Positions 38,671 to 47,721 of a DNA stretch of 60,921 bases are shown here, piece by piece. This DNA is from Thermoanaerobaculales bacterium (GTDB taxonomy: Bacteria > Acidobacteriota > Thermoanaerobaculia > Thermoanaerobaculales > Sulfomarinibacteraceae), in NCBI GenBank assembly GCA_021107705.1, contig JAIOSJ010000289.1:1-60921 (forward strand), in the 5' to 3' direction. Both the position numbers and the translations under genes were made by a program. Under the pieces are notes generated by a model. That model did no database searches and was not told the DNA's origin. It worked only from the letters and a program-made list of their open reading frames with translations. Every line of letters begins with the position of its first letter. Positions within the stretch are counted from its first letter, which is position 1.

Positions 38671-41454
38671 TCATTTGATTTTGAACGGCACGCGGACCGG
38701 AATCCACATGCGAACCTTGACACCATGTTTGGTCGCGGCTTTGTAGCGCCACTTGCTCACCGCCGATTCCGCGGCCTTCTCGAAACCAACTCCAGGTCGA
38801 GTGGACTTTACCACTTTCACCTGCTCGACGACACCATCGATTCCGAGCAAGATTTCAAGGTTCACAGTACCCTGCGCTTGCAACTTGAGCGCCATCGGTG
38901 GGTACGACGGCGTTTTCTGGCTTATCGGTACGGGAAGAACCACCCCGCGGTCACCCGGCTGGACGATGTCGCCTTCCCTCACCGAAGGTGTGGGCGTGGG
39001 TGGAATCGGCGTCGGTGTAGGCGTGGGTGGAATCGGCGTCGGCGTAGGCGGTACGACCGTCGGCTCAGGCGCCACTTCCTCCGGCTCGGGCGTCGGTTCG
39101 GGCGTCGGCTCAGGCGTCGGCGTTGGGGGTATCGGCGTCGGTGTCGGGAAATCCTGTTGGAGGCGCTCCCGAATTTCTTCGGTCTTTTCTTCGACCATCT
39201 GCGCCGCCGCCAGGGCGGCAGCCTCTGCCATCTCTTCTTCGGTCAAAAGGCCGGCCCCGGTATCGGGAGTTCCCGGTTCTTCAACATCCGCGGAAACGGC
39301 CGGCAGGGGCGTCGGGGTTGTCGGCGGACCTTCGCCGCCACCACCGCCCAAAATTGCATAGAGCCCGACGGCAACCACGACCAAGGCCGCGAAACCGATC
39401 AACAACCATTTTACTCCCGACTTGCTTTTCTCCGGTTCTTCTTGTGGAGCTTCCTCGACGATGACCTCAGGTTCAGGCGGCGACTCGGGCTCAACCGGCA
39501 CTTCGGACTCAACCGGCACCTCTGGCTCAACCGGTACCTCGGGTTGGGCTTCCTCAGGAATATCAACGGCCGGCACAGCATCACTTTCCTCGACCTTGGG
39601 GGGTTCGGGCAGGATCGCTCCTGCCTTCTTGCCTGTCTTGCGCCCCTCGATAGGCGTAATGACTTCGCCGGCAACCAGTTCCTGTATGAATCGCGCAATG
39701 GTAATTGAATCAACGGCCCAACCATGTTTTCGCTGTGCCTTTTCCAGGTCTCGGTGGAAGTTCCGAGCGGACTGATAGCGCTTTTCTTTGTCCGAAGCGA
39801 GGGCTTTCAAAACGATTTTTTCTACGTCTTGAGGCACATCGGGGTTGATCTTGGAGGGCGACTTGACCTCTGGATTGCGAACTTGTTCGAGAATCGACAG
39901 TTCAGAATCACCGGCAAAGAGCTTGGCGCCGGTCAACATCTCAAACAACACCAAACCAAGAGAAAAGATATCCGACCGGTGGTCGATGCTCTTGCCCCAT
40001 GCCTGCTCGGGAGACATGTATTGGAGCTTGCCCTTGAGAGCGCCGGCGCGAGTGTGAGATGCCTTCGAGGCCGCTTTCGCAATTCCGAAGTCGCACAGCT
40101 TGATGTCACCGTCGAGGGAGATCAGCACATTCTGTGGGGACACGTCACGGTGAACCAGCCCGAGATCACGATTCTCGAAGTCGCGTTTACGGTGCGCATA
40201 GTCCAAGGCCGAAGCCAACAGATTCGTGATGTGGACGCAGATCGGAGTCGGCAGGATGATATCGCGGTCACGGCAACTCTTGAGCAAGGAACGCAGATCC
40301 CGGCCCTCGATATATTCCATCGCGATGTAGTAGGACCGATCGATCTTGCCGAGGTCATAGATGTGAATAATGTTGTTGTGGTTCAGCTGTGCGGCCAGCT
40401 TCGCCTCGTCAATAAACATTGTGACGAATTCATCGTTATCGGTCAGGTGAGGCAAGATTCGCTTGATGGCTACGGTCTTTTGAAAGCCCTCCATACCCAT
40501 CATACGAGCCTTGTGAACCTCCGCCATGCCGCCTGTCGCAATGTGGTCCTGCAGTACGTATTGGCCAAACTGAGACCCCTCGGCAACCGGTTCTTCAGCT
40601 TTGGGAATCGGCGTCTGTTCCGGCGGCGGTGGTGGTGCGGCCTTGGGTGGCGGAGCGTCGGCGGGCGTTTCGACCAAGCCTTTCACCTCCGCCTTCGCCT
40701 CCTTGGCCTTCCTACGAACCGGCTGAATATCGAGGCCTGCCAAGGTCTGGGAGAGAATGGCATCGACATCGGTCTCGGTCGGAGGCGCAACCCTCTTGAT
40801 CGGACGGACCGTTTGACTCTCCTTCAAGACCTCCGACAACACATCATCCGCCGCACCTGTGGTCGGGGCTTTCTTTTCGAGGGGCTGGGACGTCGGAGGG
40901 GCATCGTCGGTCGACGTGGCCTTTTCTTCATCGCCGACATGGTCGTCGTCTTCGACATCCGACAGGATATCTCCGAAGAGTTCGTCGGAAGTCAGGCTCT
41001 TGGCTTCGCCTTCAAGACCCGCACCTCGTCGGAGAGCATCCAACGTGGCCCGGGGAATGGCCTGGGTCGCTGCGGGGTCTTTTGAGCGTTCAACAAGGTC
41101 ATGGACCCGTTGCACCAACGCCTCTCCCGAAAAGGGTCTTTCGAGGATGTCCTGGGCGCCATACTGCTTGGCATCCTCCGGAGAATCTCCTCCACGATAA
41201 CCCGACATCAAAATAAGAATCGACGTCGATTGCAACCCTGCCCGCGCACGCAACTGTGTAATGGCATCCTCGATCTTAATCCTCGGCAGAACCGAGGTGA
41301 TGACCACAACCTTTGGTTCGAAAGTGGCACAGCAGTCCACGGCGGCATCGACATCAGCAACAATCTCGAGCCGATACTCCGAACTCTCCAACGCCTTTTG
41401 AACCCGTTCTATGTATCGCGGCTCGTACTCAATGAGAAGGATATTCGCGCTCAT
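38671..41454 (-). CDS. pseudo-receiver / Ser-Thr protein kinase / TM / Pro-rich linker / TonB C-terminal domain fusion protein
   Basis: Hanks kinase motifs GGMAEVHKA...AIK, HRDVSPQNVL, DFGIAKA and SPEQ. TM helix WLLIGFAALVVVAVGLYAIL. (PTPxP)n linker. C-terminal TonB_C-like domain of about 85 aa. The ORF can extend to the GTG at 41490. Confidence 0.85.
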   Translation of the reverse strand: MSANILLIEYEPRYIERVQKALESSEYRLEIVADVDAAVDCCATFEPKVVVITSVLPRIKIEDAITQLRARAGLQSTSILILMSGYRGGDSPEDAKQYGAQDILERPFSGEALVQRVHDLVERSKDPAATQAIPRATLDALRRGAGLEGEAKSLTSDELFGDILSDVEDDDHVGDEEKATSTDDAPPTSQPLEKKAPTTGAADDVLSEVLKESQTVRPIKRVAPPTETDVDAILSQTLAGLDIQPVRRKAKEAKAEVKGLVETPADAPPPKAAPPPPPEQTPIPKAEEPVAEGSQFGQYVLQDHIATGGMAEVHKARMMGMEGFQKTVAIKRILPHLTDNDEFVTMFIDEAKLAAQLNHNNIIHIYDLGKIDRSYYIAMEYIEGRDLRSLLKSCRDRDIILPTPICVHITNLLASALDYAHRKRDFENRDLGLVHRDVSPQNVLISLDGDIKLCDFGIAKAASKASHTRAGALKGKLQYMSPEQAWGKSIDHRSDIFSLGLVLFEMLTGAKLFAGDSELSILEQVRNPEVKSPSKINPDVPQDVEKIVLKALASDKEKRYQSARNFHRDLEKAQRKHGWAVDSITIARFIQELVAGEVITPIEGRKTGKKAGAILPEPPKVEESDAVPAVDIPEEAQPEVPVEPEVPVESEVPVEPESPPEPEVIVEEAPQEEPEKSKSGVKWLLIGFAALVVVAVGLYAILGGGGGEGPPTTPTPLPAVSADVEEPGTPDTGAGLLTEEEMAEAAALAAAQMVEEKTEEIRERLQQDFPTPTPIPPTPTPEPTPEPTPEPEEVAPEPTVVPPTPTPIPPTPTPTPIPPTPTPSVREGDIVQPGDRGVVLPVPISQKTPSYPPMALKLQAQGTVNLEILLGIDGVVEQVKVVKSTRPGVGFEKAAESAVSKWRYKAATKHGVKVRMWIPVRVPFKIK

Positions 41455-41806
41455 TTCACCATCCTCAGCAGTGGAACTGGACAAAGACACCTATCTCATT
41501 ATGTTCGAGCCTTCCGTGAAGTCAACCACAAAACTCGCGAGAGGAATCAAAGTTCTTGAGATGCGGCGTCTCGGGCTTCCAATCGCTCTGTCTGTCGTTG
41601 GCCGCGTCTGCTTTTCGGGTCAGACCGGCGGTGGTCGATTTCCAGCGCAATTTCCGGGATAATGGCGTCGATCGGGATGAGCGTCGATTGTGTTGGGCGG
41701 CATGAATCGAACGAAGGGTCGTTCGGCACCCTCGCGCGGTCTTGCGGAGACACCTTCGACGCATTCCGAAATTTCGGGCCACCGAGCCCAGCCGCAGGGA
41801 GGCGTA

Positions 41807-42556
41807 ATGTCCGGCCACAGCAAATGGAGCACCATCAAACATAAGAAGGGCCGTGCCGACGCCAAACGCGGCAAGATCTTCACCAAGATTCTTCGCGAAA
41901 TTACCGTGTCTGCCCGCCAAGGAGGCGGCGACCCGGCGGGCAACCCCAGACTGCGTGCAGCCGTGGCGGCGGCCAAGGCGGCAAATATGCCCAGCGACAA
42001 CATGAAACGGGCCATTCAGAGGGGCACGGGAGAATTGCCCGGCGTCACCTATGAAGAGGTCAACTACGAAGGGTACGGTCCCGGAGGCGTAGCGATGATG
42101 CTCGAATGCTTGACGGACAACCGGAATCGGACAACGCCCGAGGTTCGCCACCTCTTTTCCAAGAGCGGGGGTAATCTGGGCGAAAACGGCAGCGTCTCTT
42201 GGTTGTTTACCCGCAAGGGACTGATCTTGATTTCCTGCAGCGACGACCTTGACGAAGATTCTCTGATGGAGATGGCTCTCGAGGCCGGCGCCGACGATCT
42301 TGATACCGAGGATCCTGAGTATTTTCGGGTGTTCACCGCGCCCGAGGAACTCCACATGGTCAAAGAGAGCCTCGAAGCCCAAGGTGTGAAGGTCGATGTC
42401 GCCCAGTTCGACATGGAACCGTCCACGACGGTACGGCTCGAAGGAAAAAGGGCCCTGCAGATGATTCGTTTGATGGATGCCTTTGAGGATCACGACGACG
42501 TCCAGAATGTGTGGGCGAACTTTGACATCGACGAAGAAATTCTGGCGGGCGTCTGA
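41807..42556 (+). CDS. yebC: YebC/PmpR-family transcriptional regulator
   Basis: [32 protein letters not shown] is the canonical N-terminus. GGGAGG lies before the ATG at 41807. Confidence 0.9.
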   Translation: MSGHSKWSTIKHKKGRADAKRGKIFTKILREITVSARQGGGDPAGNPRLRAAVAAAKAANMPSDNMKRAIQRGTGELPGVTYEEVNYEGYGPGGVAMMLECLTDNRNRTTPEVRHLFSKSGGNLGENGSVSWLFTRKGLILISCSDDLDEDSLMEMALEAGADDLDTEDPEYFRVFTAPEELHMVKESLEAQGVKVDVAQFDMEPSTTVRLEGKRALQMIRLMDAFEDHDDVQNVWANFDIDEEILAGV

Positions 42557-42562
42557 CAGAGC

Positions 42563-43039
42563 ATGGTCAGAGTTCTTGGAATCGATCCTGGATCTGCCGC
42601 CACCGGGTGGGCCGATATTTCCATCAGCGGCAATCGGTACACTCTCCATGATTGGGGAGTCATTCGACCGCGGGGCCCGAACCGACCCGCCCGCCTCGCC
42701 GATCTTAGGTCGAAGCTCGAGGATATTCTCCTGCGAACCAATGCAGAAGAAGCGGCTGTCGAAACCACTTTCTCCGGGCGTAATCCCAAATCCGCGATTG
42801 CCCTGGCCGAAGCGCGGGGAACCATTCTCTCGGTTCTCGGCGGCGGGACCCTCGAAGTGGCCGGCTATTCTCCTGCAGAAGTGAAGAAATCGATTGTGGG
42901 AAACGGCCGAGCGGAGAAAAGACAAGTGGTATTCATGGTCAAGCAGCTCCTCGGTCTGGAGGAAAACCCTGCTGCCGACGCCGCTGACGCGATGGCGGTT
43001 GCCCTCACACATCTTCATCTTCGACGACGCCCAACATGA
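42563..43039 (+). CDS. ruvC: crossover junction endodeoxyribonuclease RuvC
   Basis: VLGIDPGSAATGW, EEAAVE and DAADAMAVALTH catalytic acidic motifs. Confidence 0.9.
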   Translation: MVRVLGIDPGSAATGWADISISGNRYTLHDWGVIRPRGPNRPARLADLRSKLEDILLRTNAEEAAVETTFSGRNPKSAIALAEARGTILSVLGGGTLEVAGYSPAEVKKSIVGNGRAEKRQVVFMVKQLLGLEENPAADAADAMAVALTHLHLRRRPT

Positions 43040-43220
43040 CCTTGACGCCCAGAAAAGCCTCGTGCTACGATTCCTTGCCTTTGAAAGGGGCGAATCGACA
43101 AACAGATCGGAGCGGAGGATTTCTCCTTGTGGGACTCTCCGAAATCGGTCACAATAATTATTCTGAACGTGATTGGAACTTTTGGACGTTCGAAAACTCG
43201 TAACTTAGAGGAGGAAGACC

Positions 43221-43889
43221 GTGCACTTCGGAACATTAGCAACTTATTTCCGCCAGGGTGGGCCCATGATGTGGCCCTTGTTGTTCTTCTCGCTCCTCGC
43301 TCTGACCTTCATCATTGAGCGGTTCATCGTTTTCACGAAAGCGAAAATTAACGTCAATGAGTTTCTTACCAAGATTCGCAAGGCGTTGCTCGTCAATCGC
43401 AATGTCAAAGAGGCGATCAAGGTTTGTGAACAGAGCAAGGGCCCCGTCGCCTCGGTGATGAAGGCTGGTCTGTTGCGGTACGGTCACACCCGCGACGACA
43501 TCGAGAAGACTATTGAAAACGCTGCGATGTATGAACTCGACCGTCTCGAGCGTCGAATGGGCGTGCTCGCAACGACCGCCAACGTCGCTCCCATGCTCGG
43601 TTTCCTTGGAACCGTGACGGGGATGATCAAGAGCTTCGCAACTCTGGCGGAAGCCGGACTGACCAACCCGGGCGCCGTTGCAGCCGGTATCTCCGAAGCG
43701 CTGATTACGACCGCAACCGGTCTCATCGTCGCCATTCCCGCCCAGTTGGCTTACAACTGGTACAACACCAAGATCACCCGATTCGTCCGGGACATCGAGA
43801 CCGCAACCAACATGCTCATGGAAACTTTCATCGAGATGGATTCCCAGCGATACGGTGAAGCCCAGGGGAGCGAAGCTCCGCAGGCGTAA
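43221..43889 (+). CDS. exbB: MotA/TolQ/ExbB proton channel protein
   Basis: GGAGGAAGACC-GTG start. Three TM helices. ATTANVAPMLGFLGTVTGM and ISEALITTATGL motifs. Confidence 0.9.
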   Translation: MHFGTLATYFRQGGPMMWPLLFFSLLALTFIIERFIVFTKAKINVNEFLTKIRKALLVNRNVKEAIKVCEQSKGPVASVMKAGLLRYGHTRDDIEKTIENAAMYELDRLERRMGVLATTANVAPMLGFLGTVTGMIKSFATLAEAGLTNPGAVAAGISEALITTATGLIVAIPAQLAYNWYNTKITRFVRDIETATNMLMETFIEMDSQRYGEAQGSEAPQA

Positions 43890-43912
43890 AGCGATGAGGA
43901 AGGGAGGCCGCG

Positions 43913-44353
43913 ATGGCAGTCATCCGCGGTAGAGAGAAAAAAGGCGGCGGCGAGATTTTCACGGCGTCGATGGCGGATATCGTCTTCCTGCTCATCGTCT
44001 TCTTCGTGTTGACTTACAACACCGAAGTGGACAGAACTCAGGTAGACCTTCCCGAAACCTGGGTGCGCACCGAGGTTCCAAAAAAGGCCGCGGTCATTTC
44101 GATTTCTCCGCCCGATCAGGGTGAGGTCATCCGGGTTTCGACCGGTGAAGAAATGTCTCTGCCCGTGAGTACCATCGAAGAGGTCGTGACCTTCGCGTCC
44201 ACCGTGGTAGCCCAGGATCCGGAGAAAGAATTCATCATCAAAGCCGATTATGGGGTCCACTACGAGAAGATCGACTCGGTACTCGATGCTCTCAAGCAGT
44301 CCAAGGTGAAGATCATCTACCTGCTTTCGCAGCAAAAGACCGTCGGCACGTAA
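43913..44353 (+). CDS. exbD: ExbD/TolR biopolymer transport protein
   Basis: MADIVFLLIVFFVL N-terminal TM with the conserved Asp. Periplasmic domain ...IIKADYGVHYEKIDSVLDAL. Confidence 0.85.
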   Translation: MAVIRGREKKGGGEIFTASMADIVFLLIVFFVLTYNTEVDRTQVDLPETWVRTEVPKKAAVISISPPDQGEVIRVSTGEEMSLPVSTIEEVVTFASTVVAQDPEKEFIIKADYGVHYEKIDSVLDALKQSKVKIIYLLSQQKTVGT

Positions 44354-44364
44354 CGGGGGAGATC

Positions 44365-44841
44365 ATGTCGGTTTTTAAAGGAATGAAACGAGAGATCGAG
44401 AGCGAGATTTTCACTGGCTCAATGGCTGACATCTCCTTTCTTCTCATCATCTATTTCATGGTCACCTCGGTATTTTCCGCGACTCGTGGGTTGGATTTCG
44501 CCCTTCCCGATGACGACCGTGAAACCCCCGAGATCAAGCAGGAAGATTCGATCGACGTCTTTGTCCAACCTGGTGGAGACATCATGCTCGACGGCAATCT
44601 TATGCCGGCCGATCAGATCGATGAACAGCTCCTGAAATACATCGCGGACACGCTCAAGGACAACCCGAAGAAGCCCGTGATCCTCAGGACCGACCCTGAA
44701 GCCACCTACGGCAACATGATTTTCGTATTCGACATCCTTCGAACTCCTGTTGAGGATGGAGGAATCAAGATCGAAACGATTTCAATTCCAACCCAGCGCG
44801 AAATGCAGAATATTTGGACGATGCTGGGTATCGCCCAATGA
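44365..44841 (+). CDS. exbD: ExbD/TolR biopolymer transport protein (second paralogue)
   Basis: MADISFLLIIYFMV TM segment. ILRTDPEATYGNMIFVFDIL. Confidence 0.85.
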   Translation: MSVFKGMKREIESEIFTGSMADISFLLIIYFMVTSVFSATRGLDFALPDDDRETPEIKQEDSIDVFVQPGGDIMLDGNLMPADQIDEQLLKYIADTLKDNPKKPVILRTDPEATYGNMIFVFDILRTPVEDGGIKIETISIPTQREMQNIWTMLGIAQ

Positions 44842-44854
44842 TCAGGAGGATGGG

Positions 44855-45580
44855 ATGACTGACACTCCCAAGCCCGCACAGCCGAAAGGGCCGCAACTTC
44901 CGCAAACGGTGATGGAAATCATCGCCATGGAAGAAGCTCAGGACACTCGGTTCGCACGCATAGCGTTCGTCTCGGCCATCGTCCTGCACGTGATCTTTTT
45001 CCTCATGAACTGGAACTTCCTCGTCTGGGGCGGGGATTCCGGTGACCACGACCAACAAAAAAATAAGATTTACGTGGTCAAACAGGTGAAGTTCAAGCAA
45101 CCGCCGAAGCGCGAGATGCAGCAGATCCCGAAACCCAAGACCAAGAAGGTGCCCATCCCAGATCCGACCCCCGATGAGCCTGAACCAATCCGGGATGAGG
45201 ACCCCGATGACGATTTGGATTTCGACCTGGACGACAGCTTGATTCTCGGTATTCCGGACGCGCCGCCGGCGCCTGAGCCGGAGGGGCCGGTACGTTTCGT
45301 CGTCGGTGGAAACATCACCGAGCCTGAACGTTTGAGCGGACCAAATCCAACCTATCCGGAGGCGGCACGCCGTGCCAGAATCCAAGGTGTTGTCGTTCTC
45401 GAATGTACGATCGGCAAGGATGGTCGGGTGAATGAGGTCAACGTTTTACGCGGACTTCCTCTCGGGCTCACCGAAAGTGCCGAGAACGCTGTGCGGAAGT
45501 GGAGATTCAAAGCTTCGACTCTTAACGGGAAGCCGGTTGAGGTCCTCTATATCCTCACCGTTCGATTCAACCTCCAGTAG
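44855..45580 (+). CDS. tonB: energy transducer TonB
   Basis: ATG at 44855 after CAGGAGGA. TM helix, K/P/E-rich linker (KQPPKREMQQIPKPKTKKVPIPDPTPDEPEP), then C-terminal YPEAARRARIQGVVVLECTI... Confidence 0.85.
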   Translation: MTDTPKPAQPKGPQLPQTVMEIIAMEEAQDTRFARIAFVSAIVLHVIFFLMNWNFLVWGGDSGDHDQQKNKIYVVKQVKFKQPPKREMQQIPKPKTKKVPIPDPTPDEPEPIRDEDPDDDLDFDLDDSLILGIPDAPPAPEPEGPVRFVVGGNITEPERLSGPNPTYPEAARRARIQGVVVLECTIGKDGRVNEVNVLRGLPLGLTESAENAVRKWRFKASTLNGKPVEVLYILTVRFNLQ

Positions 45581-45589
45581 AAAGAACTC

Positions 45590-46423
45590 ATGGCACTTCA
45601 AGGGTCCCTGACGGAACTTTCTCTTCCCGACGTTATTCAGTTGGTCAGCGTCTCCGGAAAATCCGGGGCATTTAAACTGGATCGTGAGGGTGAAAAAGGC
45701 CAGATCTACCTGAAGGACGGTCAGATCGTCGATGCTTCGGTGGGTAACCTCCGGGGTGAACACGCCGTCTATGAGATGGCGATCTGGTCCAGTGGAGAGT
45801 TCTCCTTCGTTGCTGGATTGAGTTCTCCTGAGGTGACGGTTCACCGTTCAAATGCAAACCTCATGATGGAGGCCGCAAGGCGTCTGGACGAGTGGCGCGT
45901 CCTTTCTCGGAGAATTCCGTCCCTCGACCTGATCCCTTATTTCTCGCCTCGCGAAGGTCAGGACCAGGTCACCCTCAGTCCACAGGAATGGATCCTTGTG
46001 ACTCGCGTGGATGGCGAACGGTCGATTGAAGAAATCGGCCACATCCTTCGGTGGTCAGCGTTCGATGTTTCCAAACTACTGTTTGGAATGATCACCTCCG
46101 GCCTGGTGGCTCTTCAGGACCCAGGAAAATCGAAGGACGGCGAAGGCCGAATCAAGGCCGGCCCAAGTCCTATCACCTTGCTCGGTTTGGCTGAGAAGAT
46201 TCGCTCAGTCGCCCTCGACGTGGTCGGTCCAGGCGGGGAAAAAACCATTGAGAAACAATACGCCGGCGCCCGAACAATGATCGAGCGCGGCGAAGGAATC
46301 GACACCATCAAGGAAATGGTCCAGCAAAACAGCAAAGCCATTTCCTTGCTCAAAGGCGCCGATGTTGCCGCTATGTTTGATGAGCAGGTTCGCCCTCTGC
46401 TCGGTGATAACGAGGGTTCATGA
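45590..46423 (+). CDS. DUF4388-domain protein
   Basis: N-terminus MALQGSLTELSLPDVIQLVSVSGKSGAFKL...IYLKDGQIVDA is the characteristic DUF4388 (PATAN-like) opening. Confidence 0.75.
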   Translation: MALQGSLTELSLPDVIQLVSVSGKSGAFKLDREGEKGQIYLKDGQIVDASVGNLRGEHAVYEMAIWSSGEFSFVAGLSSPEVTVHRSNANLMMEAARRLDEWRVLSRRIPSLDLIPYFSPREGQDQVTLSPQEWILVTRVDGERSIEEIGHILRWSAFDVSKLLFGMITSGLVALQDPGKSKDGEGRIKAGPSPITLLGLAEKIRSVALDVVGPGGEKTIEKQYAGARTMIERGEGIDTIKEMVQQNSKAISLLKGADVAAMFDEQVRPLLGDNEGS

Positions 46424-46449
46424 CGAAGGTGAACCATAGGGAGGCGTTC

Positions 46450-47664
46450 ATGAAGAAGCCAGGGTCTCGGTTTTGCGCAGTCATCGCTGCCGGCGTCTTG
46501 ATTATTGCTGTAACACTGCCGGCTGGAGCCGACTATAACAAGGGTGTCGAAGCGTATAGGGCTCGGGACTATTCGACCGCGGTGAAAGAATTCCAAGCTG
46601 TGGTCCAGCAGAGCCCGGACCATGCCGGCAGCCACTATATGCTGGGGCTCTCCTTGCGCGGCGCCAAACAGACGTCCAAGGCGCTTGCCAGCCTTCGAAA
46701 GGCGACCGAACTCGACCCGGCGAATGCTTCTTTCGCGATTGCCTTGGGTCAGACCCTCGTGAAGGCGAAACAGTACAACGACGCCTATCTCACTCTCAAA
46801 AAGGTTCGTTATGGCAACCTTGATGCGCGAACCAAGGCCACCTATGCGCCAGCCTTCGGCATGGCCGCCATCAAAGCCGGGTTCCCGGGTGAAGCAATTC
46901 CGGTTCTCGAAGCACAGGGCAAGGCCAGTCCCCGCGACGCGAACCTCTTTTACACGCTGGGGTATGCCTACAGCACCGAAGGTGAGTCGGCAAAGGCTTT
47001 CACCGCATTCAAGAAAGCGTTCGAGCTAAATCCCAAAGACAACAAGAACGCCACTTCTGCGGTCAAGGCTGCGATTTCGGCCGGGCGGAGAACTTCGTCC
47101 GCAACCCAGAAAAGGGCCTTCTACACTCAGGGCGCCGCAATTGCCGAGATCTTGGCGGAATCAACACCGACCTTTGACAATCTCCTGCTCGCCGGCGAAA
47201 CCTGGCTCGGCGGGAAACAATACAGCAAGGCTTTGGGCTGGTTTGACAAGGCAGTCGCCAAGCAGAGTCAAAATGCTCTAGTGCGGTTTTATCGGGCTCA
47301 ATGTCATACGTCTCTCAATCAGTACGACGCCGCGACAAAGGAATTGCAGAGCGCACTCAAGATCGGGGTCAGCGGTAAGCTGAGGACTCAGGTCTACAAT
47401 CAGATGGGCTTTGTCTATGACAAGACCAAGCAGTATGACAAAGCGATCAGCGCTTACCGGAATTCCGGAAACACCGCGATGGTGACAAAGGTCGAAAAGA
47501 AGAAGGAGACCGCTGCAGAAAATGCCGCGGCCGAGGCGGCCTTGAGAGACTACGAGCGGAAATTGCGGGCTCTCGAAGCGCAAATAAACGAACTCGAGGC
47601 GATTGGTGAAATGGAAGAAGCCGCCGAGCTTCGGCGACATCTCGAGGGTCTTCGTAATCAGTAA
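46450..47664 (+). CDS. secreted TPR-repeat protein with C-terminal coiled coil
   Basis: ATG at 46450 after GGGAGG. Signal peptide, multiple TPR units (AGSHYMLGLSLRGAKQ..., ANLFYTLGYAYSTEGE...), C-terminal EKKKETAAENAAAEAALRDYERKLRALEAQINELE. Confidence 0.8.
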   Translation: MKKPGSRFCAVIAAGVLIIAVTLPAGADYNKGVEAYRARDYSTAVKEFQAVVQQSPDHAGSHYMLGLSLRGAKQTSKALASLRKATELDPANASFAIALGQTLVKAKQYNDAYLTLKKVRYGNLDARTKATYAPAFGMAAIKAGFPGEAIPVLEAQGKASPRDANLFYTLGYAYSTEGESAKAFTAFKKAFELNPKDNKNATSAVKAAISAGRRTSSATQKRAFYTQGAAIAEILAESTPTFDNLLLAGETWLGGKQYSKALGWFDKAVAKQSQNALVRFYRAQCHTSLNQYDAATKELQSALKIGVSGKLRTQVYNQMGFVYDKTKQYDKAISAYRNSGNTAMVTKVEKKKETAAENAAAEAALRDYERKLRALEAQINELEAIGEMEEAAELRRHLEGLRNQ

Positions 47665-47686
47665 CCGCAGCCAGATTTTTGATCCG

Positions 47687-47714
47687 GGGCGTCCCTTTTG
47701 GGGCGCCTTTTTTT
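47687..47714 (+). terminator. rho-independent terminator after the TPR gene
   Basis: Stem GGGCGTCCC / GGGGCGCC (8 pairs including one G.U), loop TTTT, followed by TTTTTTT (47708-47714). Confidence 0.8.
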
Positions 47715-47721
47715 GTGGGGA

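Noticed and set aside
38994-39543. Short tandem repeats (27-nt, about 12-nt and 18-nt units), considered as a possible CRISPR array or satellite.
   Set aside because: The repeats are contiguous without spacers, are multiples of 3 nt, and lie inside the kinase ORF, where they encode Pro-rich linker repeats.
41500-41806. Possible sixth copy of the repeat family between the kinase gene and yebC. It shares CGCGAGAGG and GCTTTTCGGG-like strings, plus hairpins at CGAACGA-AGGG-TCGTTCG and the palindrome CCGAAATTTCGG.
   Set aside because: No long terminal inverted repeat and no collinear set of family blocks could be aligned. The short matches are within chance expectation for GC-rich sequence.
41522-43018. 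Very long minus-strand ORF (498 aa) covering yebC and ruvC. Similar long antisense ORFs occur at 19884..21029(+), 21961..22863(+), 26721..27779(-), 38725..39708(+), 39724..41085(+), 33475..34101(+) and 18734..19729(-).
   Set aside because: Each lies opposite a gene with clear family motifs. They have Arg/Gly/Pro-rich low-complexity translations typical of shadow ORFs in GC-rich DNA, and they lack ribosome-binding sites.
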